Shown here in pieces: positions 54,001-61,742 of a stretch of DNA of 64,000 nucleotides; position 1 is the first letter of the stretch; every line of letters starts with the position of its first letter. The stretch is from NCBI GenBank assembly GCA_051313645.2, contig JBNRSN020000018.1:84072001-84136000 (forward strand), given 5' to 3'. A program made the translations under genes and the position numbers. The notes under the pieces are model-generated. The model was given only the letters and a program-made list of their open reading frames with translations. It did no database searches and was not told the DNA's origin. Origin of the DNA: Centroscyllium fabricii (lineage: Eukaryota).

Positions 54001-57000
54001 TTAGCTGCCATTCCTGCCCCTCCTTCAGCCACGTCTCCGTGATAGCTACTATATCATATTCCCATGTGTCAACCAATACCTTTAACTCATCCACCTTGTT
54101 AGTCAGACTCCTTGCGTTAAAATATATACCTTTCATTCTCTGACCTAATACTACCTTGTTTTGCTGTCTAGTCTGCTTTCCTTTATTAGGTTGTATTCCC
54201 CTACCCTTTATGCCTTCACTCTGGGTCCCCTCCCCCTGCCAATTTAGTTTAAACCCACCCCAACCCGACTATCAAACCTTCCCGCAAGGATATTGGTCCC
54301 ATTCCGGTTCAGGTGCAACCCGTCCGGCATGTACAGGTTCCACTTACCCCAGAAGCAAGACCAATTGTCCAAAAAGCTGAAACCCTCCTTCCTACACCAA
54401 CTTCTTAGCCACGAATTAAGCTGCTCTATCTTACGGTTCCTATACTCACTAGCTCGTGGCACTGGGAGTAATCCAGAGATTACAACCTTTGGGGTCCTGC
54501 TTTTTAGCTTTTTACCCAGCTCCCTAAATTCTCTTTGCAGGACCTCGTCCCCCTTTTTTCCTATGTCGTTGGTGCCAATGTGGACCACAACTTCTACCTG
54601 GTTCCCCTCCCCCCTCAAGATGTCCTGCAGCCGATCCGTGACATCCCGGACCCTGGCACCAGGGAGGCAAGTAACCATCCTGGTGTCACGTCTGCGGCCG
54701 CAGAACCGTCTCTCTGTGCCCCTTACGATTGAATCCCCTATTACTACTGCTGGCACATTAGTTTCCCTCCCATTCTGGGCAGCCCCAGCACCCCTAGTGC
54801 CAGGAAGTAGGCTGCTGCTGCCCTCCCCTGGTAGGTCCTCCCCCTCCACAGTATTCAAAGCGGTATATCTGTTGGACAGGGGGACGGCCACAGGGGTTCC
54901 CTGCACTTCCTTCCTCACTCTGGCACTCTTCTTGGCGGTCACCCAATTTCCTTCTATCTGGTCTACTCTAGTCTTTGGTGTGACCACCCTCTCAAACGTG
55001 CTGTCCACGCCCCGCTCATCGTTGCCTACGCCCCGTAATGCATCCATCCGCAGCTCCAGCGCCGCCATGCGGTCGGCTAAGTTCTGTAGATGGATGCATT
55101 TCCTGCATACGTGCACCTCAGGGGCCCCGTCCGGGCCCCTGAACTCCCACATATTACAGGTGGAGCACATGACTGCGATGGCCTGCACTACCATGTCTCC
55201 CATTTTATATCTTAAATCCCTTAGTAGACTTACTCTATTCTGACTTTAGACCGGTCTATAAAGTACCCTTCGTTTCCTTTTTAGATTTACTGAATCCCAC
55301 TACTTTTAGTAGTTTTTAGAAAAGTTTGAGGAAAGTACTCACCAGTCCCTTGCCTCCTGTTGTGAAGGTTTTTCTCTGTCCTGGAACCCTTTCCACCTAG
55401 GTTGGGCTCCTGAAAATAAAGTAATTTGAACTTACCTTTTTTAAAATCACTCTAACCCCCTAAGGTTAGAGGAGGATGGAAGGGTGGGAAACACTACCAC
55501 GTAGTGTTTCGGGTTTAGCACACAGCTCCCCTTTTATACTGCTGTGTCTCGCCCCCTGTAAAGAAAGGCCCGCGAGACTTGCTGTGTCCCGCTGCCTCTT
55601 TTGAAGTCCCGTTCCCGCTCCAAGTCCCGCTCCCTGGGCATTGCCGAAGTCCCGCACCCGCTCCAAGTCCCGCTCACCGGGTGCTGCCGCTGGGCTCTGG
55701 TCCGCCGCTGGGCTCCGCTCCTCCTCCAAGTCCCGCTTCCCGGGTCTGGCCTCACCGCCGCCACCGCTGCCGCTTTTGAAGCCTCCCAAGTCCCGCTCCC
55801 GGTCCCGCACCCGCTCCAAGTCCCGCTGCCGCTGGGCTCTGGTCCGCCGCTGGGCTCTGGTCCACCGCTGGGCTCCGCTCCTCCTCCAAGTCCCGCTTCC
55901 CGGGTCTGGCCTCACCGCCGCCGCCGCTGCCGCTTTTGAAGCCTCCCAAGTCCCGCTCCCGGTCCCGCACCCGCTCCAAGTCCCGCTGCCGCTGGGCTCT
56001 GGTCCGCCGCTGGGCTCTGGTCCGCCGCTGGGCTCCGCTCCTCCTCCAAGTCCCGCTTCCCGGGTCTGGCCTCACCGCCGCCGCCGCTGCCGCTTTTGAA
56101 GCCTCCCAAGTCCCGCTCCCGGTCCCGCACCCGCTCCAAGTCCCGCTGCCGCTGGGCTCTGGTCCGCCGCTGGGCTCTGGTCCGCCGCTGGGCTCCGCTC
56201 CTCCTCCAAGTCCCGCTTCCCGGGTCTGGCCTCACCGCCGCCGCCGCTGCCGCTTTTGAAGCCTCCCAAGTCCCGCTCCCGGTCCCGCACCCGCTCCAAG
56301 TCCCGCTGCCGCTGGGCTCTGGTCCGCCGCTGGGCTCCGCTCCTCCTCCAAGTCCCGCTTCCCGGGTCTGGCCTCACCGCCGCCGCCGCTGCCGCTTTTG
56401 AAGCCTCCCAAGTCCCGCTCCCGGTCCCGCACCCGCTCCATGTAAGTATGATGTTCTTACTCTAAGGGCCATGAGCTAGTTTTATTCTCTGTCAGCTCAG
56501 ATAATTTTATTGAGTAGATTTAGAGACAAGTGTATAGATTTAATTTTTGCAACTTTTGTGCTCGGCTATGTTCAGCAGGAAAGTAAGTATTTAAACCTAT
56601 TACTGACTCAGAGCCTCAGCGTGCAGTCTAACAGGTTGAAATGTGTATCCTGCTCTATAGAAACTACAGCACCAGAAGTGACACCGATTATCACTGCGTC
56701 AACCAGCAGCTACACTCCTGGTAAGTGACAGCGGTTTTATACCTTGCACCAAGTCTGTCTCCACAGTGGATTGTTTCTAACTCCATGTGGTCTGCCATTG
56801 AGGAGATAACAAAACACGGGTTTCATTTTTACATCTTAGATATTTATTTCTAATTGTTTGCTTTAGAAATATTTGTATCTCTGGTCATTACCTGATAACT
56901 TATAGGGCAACTTTTAGGAACTTGTGCTCCTGACATAGCATTTAGCGAATGTGATGCAAAACAGAAATTTGATGCCAATCGAAGGATTATTTGGCGATGT

Positions 57001-60000
57001 GCATTTACTCGCATGCTCATGTTCACTTTCTGAGCCCCCGGCAAGCGAAGCTCCAAGCAAGAAAGGTGTATTATAGATTATTATTTATTACCACATTTTC
57101 AGTTATCAAAAATATTCATCACACAATGTCAACACTAAGGTTGTAAAACCATATCCAGGAATGAGAGAAAGTCATGTAGACAATCCATTCACCCCATCAT
57201 ACAAGTTCAGCTGCAAAACACTATTGGACTATTCCTCACCGTACCCAGCCCTGGTACAGGGCTCACCCGTTTTTGTTTCGATGCCCACTAGAAATTCGAG
57301 ATGGGTGGCCTCTGGGCAGTCGGTTCTTTTTTAGAATGACTTTCCCTCTGCCACTGCTGCCCTTGGAAGCCGATGAAAATCACCCCTTGATCTTTCAAAT
57401 GATGAGTGTAAAACAATTTGATGCTAGATCAGTCATAGAGTCAAATGTTGTGCTGGTTTGATATTCTTTGCACCATTGTGGTGAAATTGTGTAACTAGAA
57501 TATGAAAAAGTATTTTGCAATCTGTATGGAAAAGCCATCAAACTTAGAATAGCTTTTATGTGCTCATGATGTTCCGGGCTAACATAGGGCTCTCCTGCAT
57601 TATAAGCCAATATTCTGTCCACACACATATCAAGAAAGTGACAAATGCATCAGTGGACATGGCCAGCAATTTCATATCTCTTCCCACTGAATAGAAACAG
57701 CAGCAGATCATGTGTCTGGATATTGTGGTGAATGATCCTGCCATAATATTGAAATGAAAGCACCTCCCACTGACCTACATAGTCTGGTCAGGTCAGCTCT
57801 GGAGTTCCCTGGGAGGTGTGACCCTGGTATAATCGTCAGGGTTGCTGCCCGAGTATTTTCAGAGACACTGTTTATCTGGACAGCTGAGGGCAATATGGAT
57901 CTGTCTATTGTAAGACGTTTCCACTGGCCATTGAAAACTCATGTTTCAGAAACTCCATTAACAGCTCGATCAAAACTATCTGACAAAGCCAGACACTCTT
58001 ATACTTGTGGAAATAATGTTCTTACTCTAAAGGGCCATGAGCTAGTTGTATTATCTGTCAGCTCAGACAATTTTATTGAGTAGATTTAGAGACAAGTGCA
58101 TAGATTTAGTTTTTGCAACTTTTGTGCTCGGCTATGTGCAGCAGGAAAGTACGTTTTTAAACCTGATACAGACTCAGAGCCTCAGCGTGCAGTGTAACAG
58201 GTTGAAATGTTTTTCCTGCTCTATAGAAACGACATCACCAGAAGTGACACCGATTATCACTACGTCTACCACCAGCTACACTCCTGGTAAGTGACAGCGG
58301 TTTTATACCTTGCACCAAGTCTGTCTCCACAGTGGATTCTTTCGGGTTTTCCTATGCCGGCCAGCGGGGGGTTGGAGTTCCTGCGAGGTCCAGCGCAGGA
58401 AGCAGCGAACTAGGGTTGCGTCCAGACATTCCAATTAAAAAAAAAAAACTTTTTCTACGGACCAAGACCAGGATTTTCTACTCTGGGAAAAAGCAGTCGT
58501 AAGTAGCCGTTTTTATCTGGTAAGTGTGTATTTTATTGATTTTAATTGTTGTTTTTTCAGGTTTTTATTTGTTGATAACTTTAAAGACAGGTAAGTATTT
58601 TTTTAGACCTGTTGGAAGTTGAAAAAAAATTCTGTAAATTTTTATTTTTTCTTTAAAATAGGTTTTTTGTGTTAGTTGGGGTAATGTTAAAAAATGTGAT
58701 GTTTTTAAAATTTTATTTTTGTGTTTAGATGTCTTTTGGGCAATCTCTCCTTTCAGAACTTGCACAGATTTCTCAGTGGAAGTTTTGAATGGAGAATTGG
58801 TTCCACTGATTGGCTCCCTGCCAATCAGGTGGTCTCAAAAGCCATCTCGCAGTAATTACGCCTTCAGATGCCCATGAAGCTCACACGGAGCTCTGACAGG
58901 CTGGGCTAACTGCAATCTCTGAGTGCAAAAAAGCAAACCTGAATATGGGCAGTTCAAGTGCGTTAAGTAGGTACTGCACCCGCACGAAGGCTCCACTGCA
59001 ATTTCTGGGCCATTGTAATTTATAGAGCCGCTTTTAGGAAATTGTCCTCCTGAGATAACCTTTATCAGCAATTTGAAGCCAATTGATGGATTATTTTGCG
59101 ATGTGCAATAACTTCCATGCTTCTATTCCTATGATGTGCCCCCACTGTGTGATCCTCCAAGCTAGAAGGGTGTATTAAAATATATTATTAAGTAACAAGT
59201 TTTCAGTTATCAAAATGATTTGTCACACAATATTTAAACTGAAAATGTTTAACCATATAAAGGGATGAGAGAATGTCATTTAGCCGATCCATCTCTTTCC
59301 ATTCTACAGGTTCAGTTGCAACACCATATCGGACTATTCCTCACCTTTCTGAGACTAGATACAGGGCTTGCCAGTTTCTGTTTTGATGCCCGCTAGAAAA
59401 TTGAGTCAGGTGGCCTCTGGGTAGTAGATTCTTTTGTACAATTTCATCTGCCCTGACAGGTAGCTAGAAATCAGCTTCTTGATCTTTCAAATGATGAATG
59501 AAGTATGAGTATGTTAAGACAACCTGATGCTCAACCAGTCATGCAGTTGAATGTTGTGCTGGCTTGATATTTTTATCACCAAATTTGTGAAATGTTACAG
59601 CCACAATGTGATACAGTATTGCACATGTCAGTTTGGAAAAGCCATCAAACTTAGAATAGCTGTTATGTGTTCACCTCATTCTGGGCTAGCATCGGGCTCT
59701 TCTGCATTATAAGCCAATATGCTGCCCACACACATATCAAGAAAGTAACTGATGCATCAGTGAACATGGCCAGCAATTTCATATCTCTTCCCACTGAATA
59801 GAAACAGCAGCAGGGCATGTGTCTGAATATTGTGGTGAAGGTTCCTGCCATAATATTTAAGTGACAGGACCTTCCACTGACCTATATACTCTGGTCAGGT
59901 CAGCTCTAGAGGGCCCTGGGAGGTGTGCCCCTGGTATAATCACCTGGATTGCTGCCCGAGTATTTTCAGAGACACTGGCCTGGATTTTCTGATGGCCCCC

Positions 60001-61742
60001 GAGGCCAAACGCATGAGTACGGAGCGGGTACTCATGCATGCGGCCCTCGGGAGTGCTGGTTCTGTGCGTGCACTGAGCATGCGCACAGAACCAGTACTTC
60101 CGATGCCGGATCCGGGGGGGTCAAAAGCCGGAGCACGTTGGCCTGCGCACCAAGAGGTGCGCAGTGCAACTCCGTTTAAAAAAAAAGTTTTTTATCGGGG
60201 TAAGTATCGGAAAAGATACGACTGAAAAGATAAGCCGTAACTACCCATTTTTAGCAGGTAAGTCTCTATTTTATTCAATTTAGGTATTTCTTTCACAGGT
60301 GTTTTATTTTTAAATAATTTAAACAAAGGTAAGTAGTTTTTTAGACAAGTTAAAAACATAAAATATTTTTTCAAATTTTTTATGTTTTATTTAAAATAGG
60401 TAATTTATGTTAGGAATAGCAATGTTAAAAAATGTGATGTTTTAAAAATATTTATTTTATTTTTTAGTGTGTTTTTGGGGCTCTTGTAATTCTCTTGGTG
60501 AGGCCACACTTGGAGTATTGTGTTCAGTTTTGGTCTCCTAACTTGAGGAAGGACATTCTTGCTATTGAGGGAGTGCAGCGAAGGTTTACTAGATTGATTC
60601 CCGGGATGGCCGGACTGACATATCAAGAAAGACTGGATCAACTGAACTTGTACTCTCTGGAGTTCAGAAGAATGAGGGGGGATCTCATAGAAATGTTTAA
60701 AATCCTAACGGGTTTGGACAGGTTGGATGCGGGCAGAATGTTCCCAATGTTGGGGAAGTCCAGAACCAGGGGGCACAGACTAAGGATAAGGGGTAAGCCA
60801 TTTAGGACCGAGATGAGGAGAAACTTCTTCACCCAGAGAGTGGTGAACTTGTGGAATTCTCTACCACAGAAAGTTGTTGAGGCCAGTTCGCTAAATATAT
60901 TCAAAAGGGAGTTAGATGTAATACTTAAAACTAGGGGGATCAAGCGATATGGCGAGAAAGCAGGAATGGGGTACTGATGTAGCATGTTCAGCCATGAACG
61001 TGTTGAATGGCGGTGCAGGCTCGAAGGGCTGAATGGTCTACTCCTGCACCTATTTTCTGTGTATCTATGTATCTATGTATTAACTTTGACAGATCTGTCT
61101 GTCAAAGTTATGAATGGAGGATCCCTGTTAGTGATTGTCTCCCTGCGGACCACGTGGTCCCGCGCGGAGCTTCCCCACTAACTTCGCCACTGAGTTGCCT
61201 CAGCACGGCGTGTGGAGCTTGGAGCAGGCCAGAGAATCGGGATTTCAAATCTTAGAAGAGGACAGCGGCAGGTGCGCTCCGTAAGTGTAGGTTTGAAGCT
61301 TGCACCCACGGCAAGGCTACGAGGCTAATTTTTGGGCCATTTTATTTCTAGAACAGCTGAGGTCAGTATAGATCTGTCTATTGTAAGAAGTTTACATTCG
61401 ACTTTGAAAATGAATATTATCAGGATTTCCACTAAATCTAAGTGACAATTCCAGCAACTCTTATATTGTGGAAATGGTGTACTGAATGTAAGAGCCGTTT
61501 ATTAGTTGTATTGTCTCTCCACTAAAATAATTTTATTAAGTATACTTGGAAATGAATAGATTTCATTTTCACAATTTTTGTGTTCGGCTACTTTCAGCAG
61601 AAAAGTAAGTTTTAAAAACTGATACAGACTCAGAGCCTCAGCGTGCAGTGTAACAGGTTGAAATGTATTTCCTGCTCTATAGAAACTACGACACCAGAAG
61701 TGACACCGATTATCACTACGTCAACCACCAGCTACACTCCTG
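1..61742 (+). CDS. Partial multi-exon secreted mucin-like gene (Cys-rich E-module end followed by exon-repeat-encoded PTS domain); extends beyond the window
   Basis: 28 phase-compatible AG/GT exons splice into one open frame: [59 protein letters not shown]-(ETT[S/T/A/G]PEVTPIIT[T/A]S..SYTP)x24. The repeat is ~70% P/T/S. Exact orthology (MUC2/5/19-like) cannot be determined here. Confidence 0.85.
354..1422 (+). mobile_element. 5'-truncated CR1 LINE (RT C-terminus and 3' UTR), decayed
   Basis: [24 protein letters not shown] motifs; stop at 685-687; frameshift near 1150; tail atgtctatgatt. Confidence 0.93.
1839..1870 (+). CDS. Mucin Cys-rich exon ((C)[10 protein letters not shown]), 32 nt
   Basis: Acceptor tcttttgcag, donor gtgagt; phase 2 in and phase 1 out, matching both neighbouring exons. 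Confidence 0.8.
2190..2556 (+). mobile_element. tRNA-derived V-domain SINE (HE1-like) with CR1-derived 3' tail
   Basis: A box TGGCGCAGTGG, B box GGTTTGAATCC; V core gtggagtttgcatgttctccc...gggtttcctccgggtactccggtttcctcccac; tail ggctcgaagggccgaatggcctactcctgctcc shared with the CR1 3' ends at ~7980-8020 and ~61020. Confidence 0.88.
2605..3540. mobile_element. Non-autonomous DNA element (PIF/Harbinger-like MITE) carrying a nested solo LTR
   Basis: Ends GGGGGGAAATT...AATTTCTGCCCC; GC-rich relative to the flanks. Confidence 0.5.
2897..3175 (+). mobile_element. Solo LTR (Gypsy type)
   Basis: TGTGGTAAACCACTG...GCATCA; TATAAA and AATAAA inside; 5-bp TSD CACCC (2892-2896, 3176-3180); same termini as the LTR at 13889-14165 in reverse orientation. 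Confidence 0.9.
3695..3736 (+). CDS. Mucin PTS exon, 42 nt ([14 protein letters not shown])
   Basis: Acceptor ttttttggaacag, donor gtaatg; phase 1-1. Confidence 0.82.
4345..5355 (+). mobile_element. Ancient SINE remnant (AmnSINE2-like, recognised from memory) split by a MITE
   Basis: ctgagttaactagcctcagct...cccctgttggaagtgcgtg...aatagcctgcc...aagaat, resuming after 5295 with tgg...tggaattgtaccccagca. Confidence 0.45.
4563..5295. mobile_element. GC/CpG-rich MITE, PIF/Harbinger-like
   Basis: TIRs GGGGGAAAAATT / AATTTTCCCCCC; interrupts the host SINE. Confidence 0.7.
5578..6750 (-). mobile_element. Penelope-like terminal repeat with a degenerate minimal hammerhead motif, split by an insertion
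   Basis: aaatactacgcatgctggaaatccgaaataacaacagaaaacgctgg...agagctaac resumes at 6512 with gtttcaggtcgatgac; minus strand reads CTGAAGA-stem-GAAAC (6537-6512). Right boundary approximate. Confidence 0.65.
5680..6508. mobile_element. Non-autonomous PIF/Harbinger-like element
   Basis: Left end GGGGGGTATTTTCC; right subterminal (6430-6490) is the reverse complement of 62362-62430; flanks aac/atc look like a 3-bp TSD. Confidence 0.65.
6836..6892 (+). CDS. Mucin PTS exon, 57 nt ([19 protein letters not shown])
   Basis: Long poly-T tract ending gctgtttag, donor gtaaat; phase 1-1. Confidence 0.85.
7290..10564 (-). mobile_element. Decayed PIF/Harbinger-like transposon with Myb/SANT-like gene remnant and a nested CR1
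   Basis: TIRs GGGGTCAATTTTCC / GGAAAATTTACCCG; 10156-10389(-) [12 protein letters not shown]...[10 protein letters not shown]...TWIQCRK aligns with the protein at 62617. Confidence 0.72.
7952..9200 (-). mobile_element. 5'-truncated CR1 LINE
   Basis: [27 protein letters not shown] motifs; (TTTCTATG)n tail at ~7952-7975. Confidence 0.93.
10981..11040 (+). CDS. Repeat exon 1 [20 protein letters not shown]
   Basis: tttttcctgctctatag | 60 nt | gtaagt; phase 1-1. Confidence 0.88.
12554..13045 (+). pseudogene. Dead repeat exon (solo LTR inserted, donor GT>AT)
   Basis: Exon split after ...ACGTCTAC, resumes at 13029, and is followed by ATAAGT instead of GTAAGT. Confidence 0.88.
12597..13024 (-). 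mobile_element. Solo LTR, 428 bp
   Basis: TGTT...CACA termini; 4-bp TSD CTAC (12593-12596, 13025-13028); minus-strand TATAAA (~12770) and AATAAA (~12670); 46-bp internal direct repeats. Confidence 0.88.
13889..16505 (-). mobile_element. Gypsy element A, 3' half (RT-RNaseH-integrase, PPT, 3' LTR 13889-14165), decayed
   Basis: [20 protein letters not shown] (decayed YLDD), SDASD RNaseH, VIDEYSRF...HTDRG integrase; purine tract CAGGGGGTGAA directly before TGTGG. Confidence 0.92.
16506..19523 (-). mobile_element. Tf1/sushi-type Gypsy element B, 5' half (5' LTR 18940-19523, gag, protease, RT), decayed
   Basis: LTR TGTCATAG...ATTACA with 80-bp internal repeats; gag MDPAD...[14 protein letters not shown]; protease FIDSGA; RT LDLRNAY, MPFGL, YMDD; in-frame stops and a gag frameshift. 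Confidence 0.92.
19942..20001 (+). CDS. Repeat exon, type [21 protein letters not shown]
   Basis: ctatag | 60 nt | gtaagt. Confidence 0.88.
21507..21566 (+). CDS. Repeat exon, type [21 protein letters not shown]
   Basis: ctatag | 60 nt | gtaagt. Confidence 0.88.
23087..23146 (+). CDS. Repeat exon, type A
   Basis: ctatag | 60 nt | gtaagt. Confidence 0.88.
24668..24727 (+). CDS. Repeat exon, type C variant [20 protein letters not shown]
   Basis: ctatag | 60 nt | gtaagt. Confidence 0.88.
26234..26293 (+). CDS. Repeat exon, type B
   Basis: ctatag | 60 nt | gtaagt. Confidence 0.88.
27814..27873 (+). CDS. Repeat exon in an A-position unit encoding ...STTSYTP
   Basis: ctatag | 60 nt | gtaagt. 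Confidence 0.88.
29395..29454 (+). CDS. Repeat exon, type [21 protein letters not shown]
   Basis: ctatag | 60 nt | gtaagt. Confidence 0.88.
30961..31020 (+). CDS. Repeat exon, type B
   Basis: ctatag | 60 nt | gtaagt. Confidence 0.88.
32541..32600 (+). CDS. Repeat exon, type A
   Basis: ctatag | 60 nt | gtaagt. Confidence 0.88.
34122..34181 (+). CDS. Repeat exon, type C
   Basis: ctatag | 60 nt | gtaagt. Confidence 0.88.
35689..35748 (+). CDS. Repeat exon, type B
   Basis: ctatag | 60 nt | gtaagt. Confidence 0.88.
37269..37328 (+). CDS. Repeat exon, type A
   Basis: ctatag | 60 nt | gtaagt. Confidence 0.88.
38850..38909 (+). CDS. Repeat exon, type C
   Basis: ctatag | 60 nt | gtaagt. Confidence 0.88.
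40417..40476 (+). CDS. Repeat exon, type B
   Basis: ctatag | 60 nt | gtaagt. Confidence 0.88.
41997..42056 (+). CDS. Repeat exon, type A
   Basis: ctatag | 60 nt | gtaagt. Confidence 0.88.
43563..43622 (+). CDS. Repeat exon, type B
   Basis: ctatag | 60 nt | gtaagt. Confidence 0.88.
45143..45202 (+). CDS. Repeat exon, type A
   Basis: ctatag | 60 nt | gtaagt. Confidence 0.88.
46724..46783 (+). CDS. Repeat exon, type C variant [20 protein letters not shown]
   Basis: ctatag | 60 nt | gtaagt. Confidence 0.88.
48290..48349 (+). CDS. Repeat exon, type B
   Basis: ctatag | 60 nt | gtaagt. Confidence 0.88.
49870..49929 (+). CDS. Repeat exon, type A
   Basis: ctatag | 60 nt | gtaagt. Confidence 0.88.
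51332..54136 (-). pseudogene. CR1 ORF2 (APE endonuclease + reverse transcriptase) with a single nonsense codon
   Basis: [35 protein letters not shown]. The 724-aa and 203-aa ORFs share one frame, separated by TAG at 51962-51964 (EE*RDLGV). Confidence 0.94.
54244..55203 (-). CDS. CR1 ORF1p (Zn finger/leucine zipper + SGNH esterase-like domain), 319 aa, intact
   Basis: CSTC...CRKC, heptad Leu segment, GDSIVRG, HIGTND, DGLH. Confidence 0.92.
   Translation of the reverse strand: MGDMVVQAIAVMCSTCNMWEFRGPDGAPEVHVCRKCIHLQNLADRMAALELRMDALRGVGNDERGVDSTFERVVTPKTRVDQIEGNWVTAKKSARVRKEVQGTPVAVPLSNRYTALNTVEGEDLPGEGSSSLLPGTRGAGAAQNGRETNVPAVVIGDSIVRGTERRFCGRRRDTRMVTCLPGARVRDVTDRLQDILRGEGNQVEVVVHIGTNDIGKKGDEVLQREFRELGKKLKSRTPKVVISGLLPVPRASEYRNRKIEQLNSWLRSWCRKEGFSFLDNWSCFWGKWNLYMPDGLHLNRNGTNILAGRFDSRVGVGLN
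55597..56440 (-). repeat. GC/CpG-rich 160-bp monomer array at the CR1 5' end
   Basis: cgcttttgaagcctcccaag recurs at 55771, 55931, 56091, 56251 (period 160) and 56393 (142; one 18-bp subrepeat missing). Confidence 0.95.
56661..56720 (+). CDS. Repeat exon, type C variant [20 protein letters not shown]
   Basis: ctatag | 60 nt | gtaagt. Confidence 0.88.
58227..58286 (+). CDS. Repeat exon, type B
   Basis: ctatag | 60 nt | gtaagt. Confidence 0.88.
58343..59011. mobile_element. Left-truncated non-autonomous DNA element (Harbinger-like)
   Basis: Interrupts the unit; right end AATTTCTGGGCC; T-rich core homologous to 60250-60480; ~120 bp of unit sequence missing at the junction. Confidence 0.6.
59977..61338. 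mobile_element. Non-autonomous DNA element (Harbinger-like) with a nested CR1 fragment
   Basis: Ends GGCCTGGATTTT / AATTTTTGGGCC; flanks act/att; interrupts the unit at gagacact|...tttat. Confidence 0.62.
60495..61080 (+). mobile_element. 5'-truncated CR1 LINE 3' end
   Basis: [12 protein letters not shown]...[10 protein letters not shown]; 3' UTR and (TATCTATG)n tail. Confidence 0.93.
61683..61742 (+). CDS. Repeat exon [20 protein letters not shown] (last in window)
   Basis: ctatag | 60 nt | gtaagt. Confidence 0.88.

Larger units (their letters stand above)
51240..56449 (-). mobile_element. Near full-length CR1 LINE (5,210 bp) inserted in one array intron
   Basis: Removing 51240-56449 restores ...tgtggaaat|gatgttc... 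and the 1581-bp spacing; (ATTCTATG)n 3' tail, ORF1, ORF2 and monomeric 5' end. Confidence 0.96.

Noticed and set aside
53124-55243. Long + strand ORFs (187 and 316 aa)
   Set aside because: Antisense shadows of CR1 ORF2 and ORF1.
55488-55530. Hammerhead ribozyme in the CR1 5' UTR
   Set aside because: GAAAC plus a stem is present but there is no CTGANGA core; kept only as a hairpin.
55466-56465. Arg/Ser/Pro-rich ORFs on both strands
   Set aside because: By-products of the GC-rich 160-bp monomers.
11386-58294. Recurrent 60-110 aa ORFs (MYSLSAQ..., MCVDRIL..., MKDY..., MKAPPTD...) as a tandem gene family
   Set aside because: Mostly non-ATG starts; stops and frames vary between copies; no domain features. 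Only the last ~20 codons of the MYSLS ORF correspond to the real spliced exon.
19524-58342. CRISPR array, rDNA/snRNA cluster or purely non-coding satellite
   Set aside because: Whole 1.57-kb units repeat with no unique spacers, no recognisable RNA gene is present, and each unit carries a splice-competent in-frame PTS exon.
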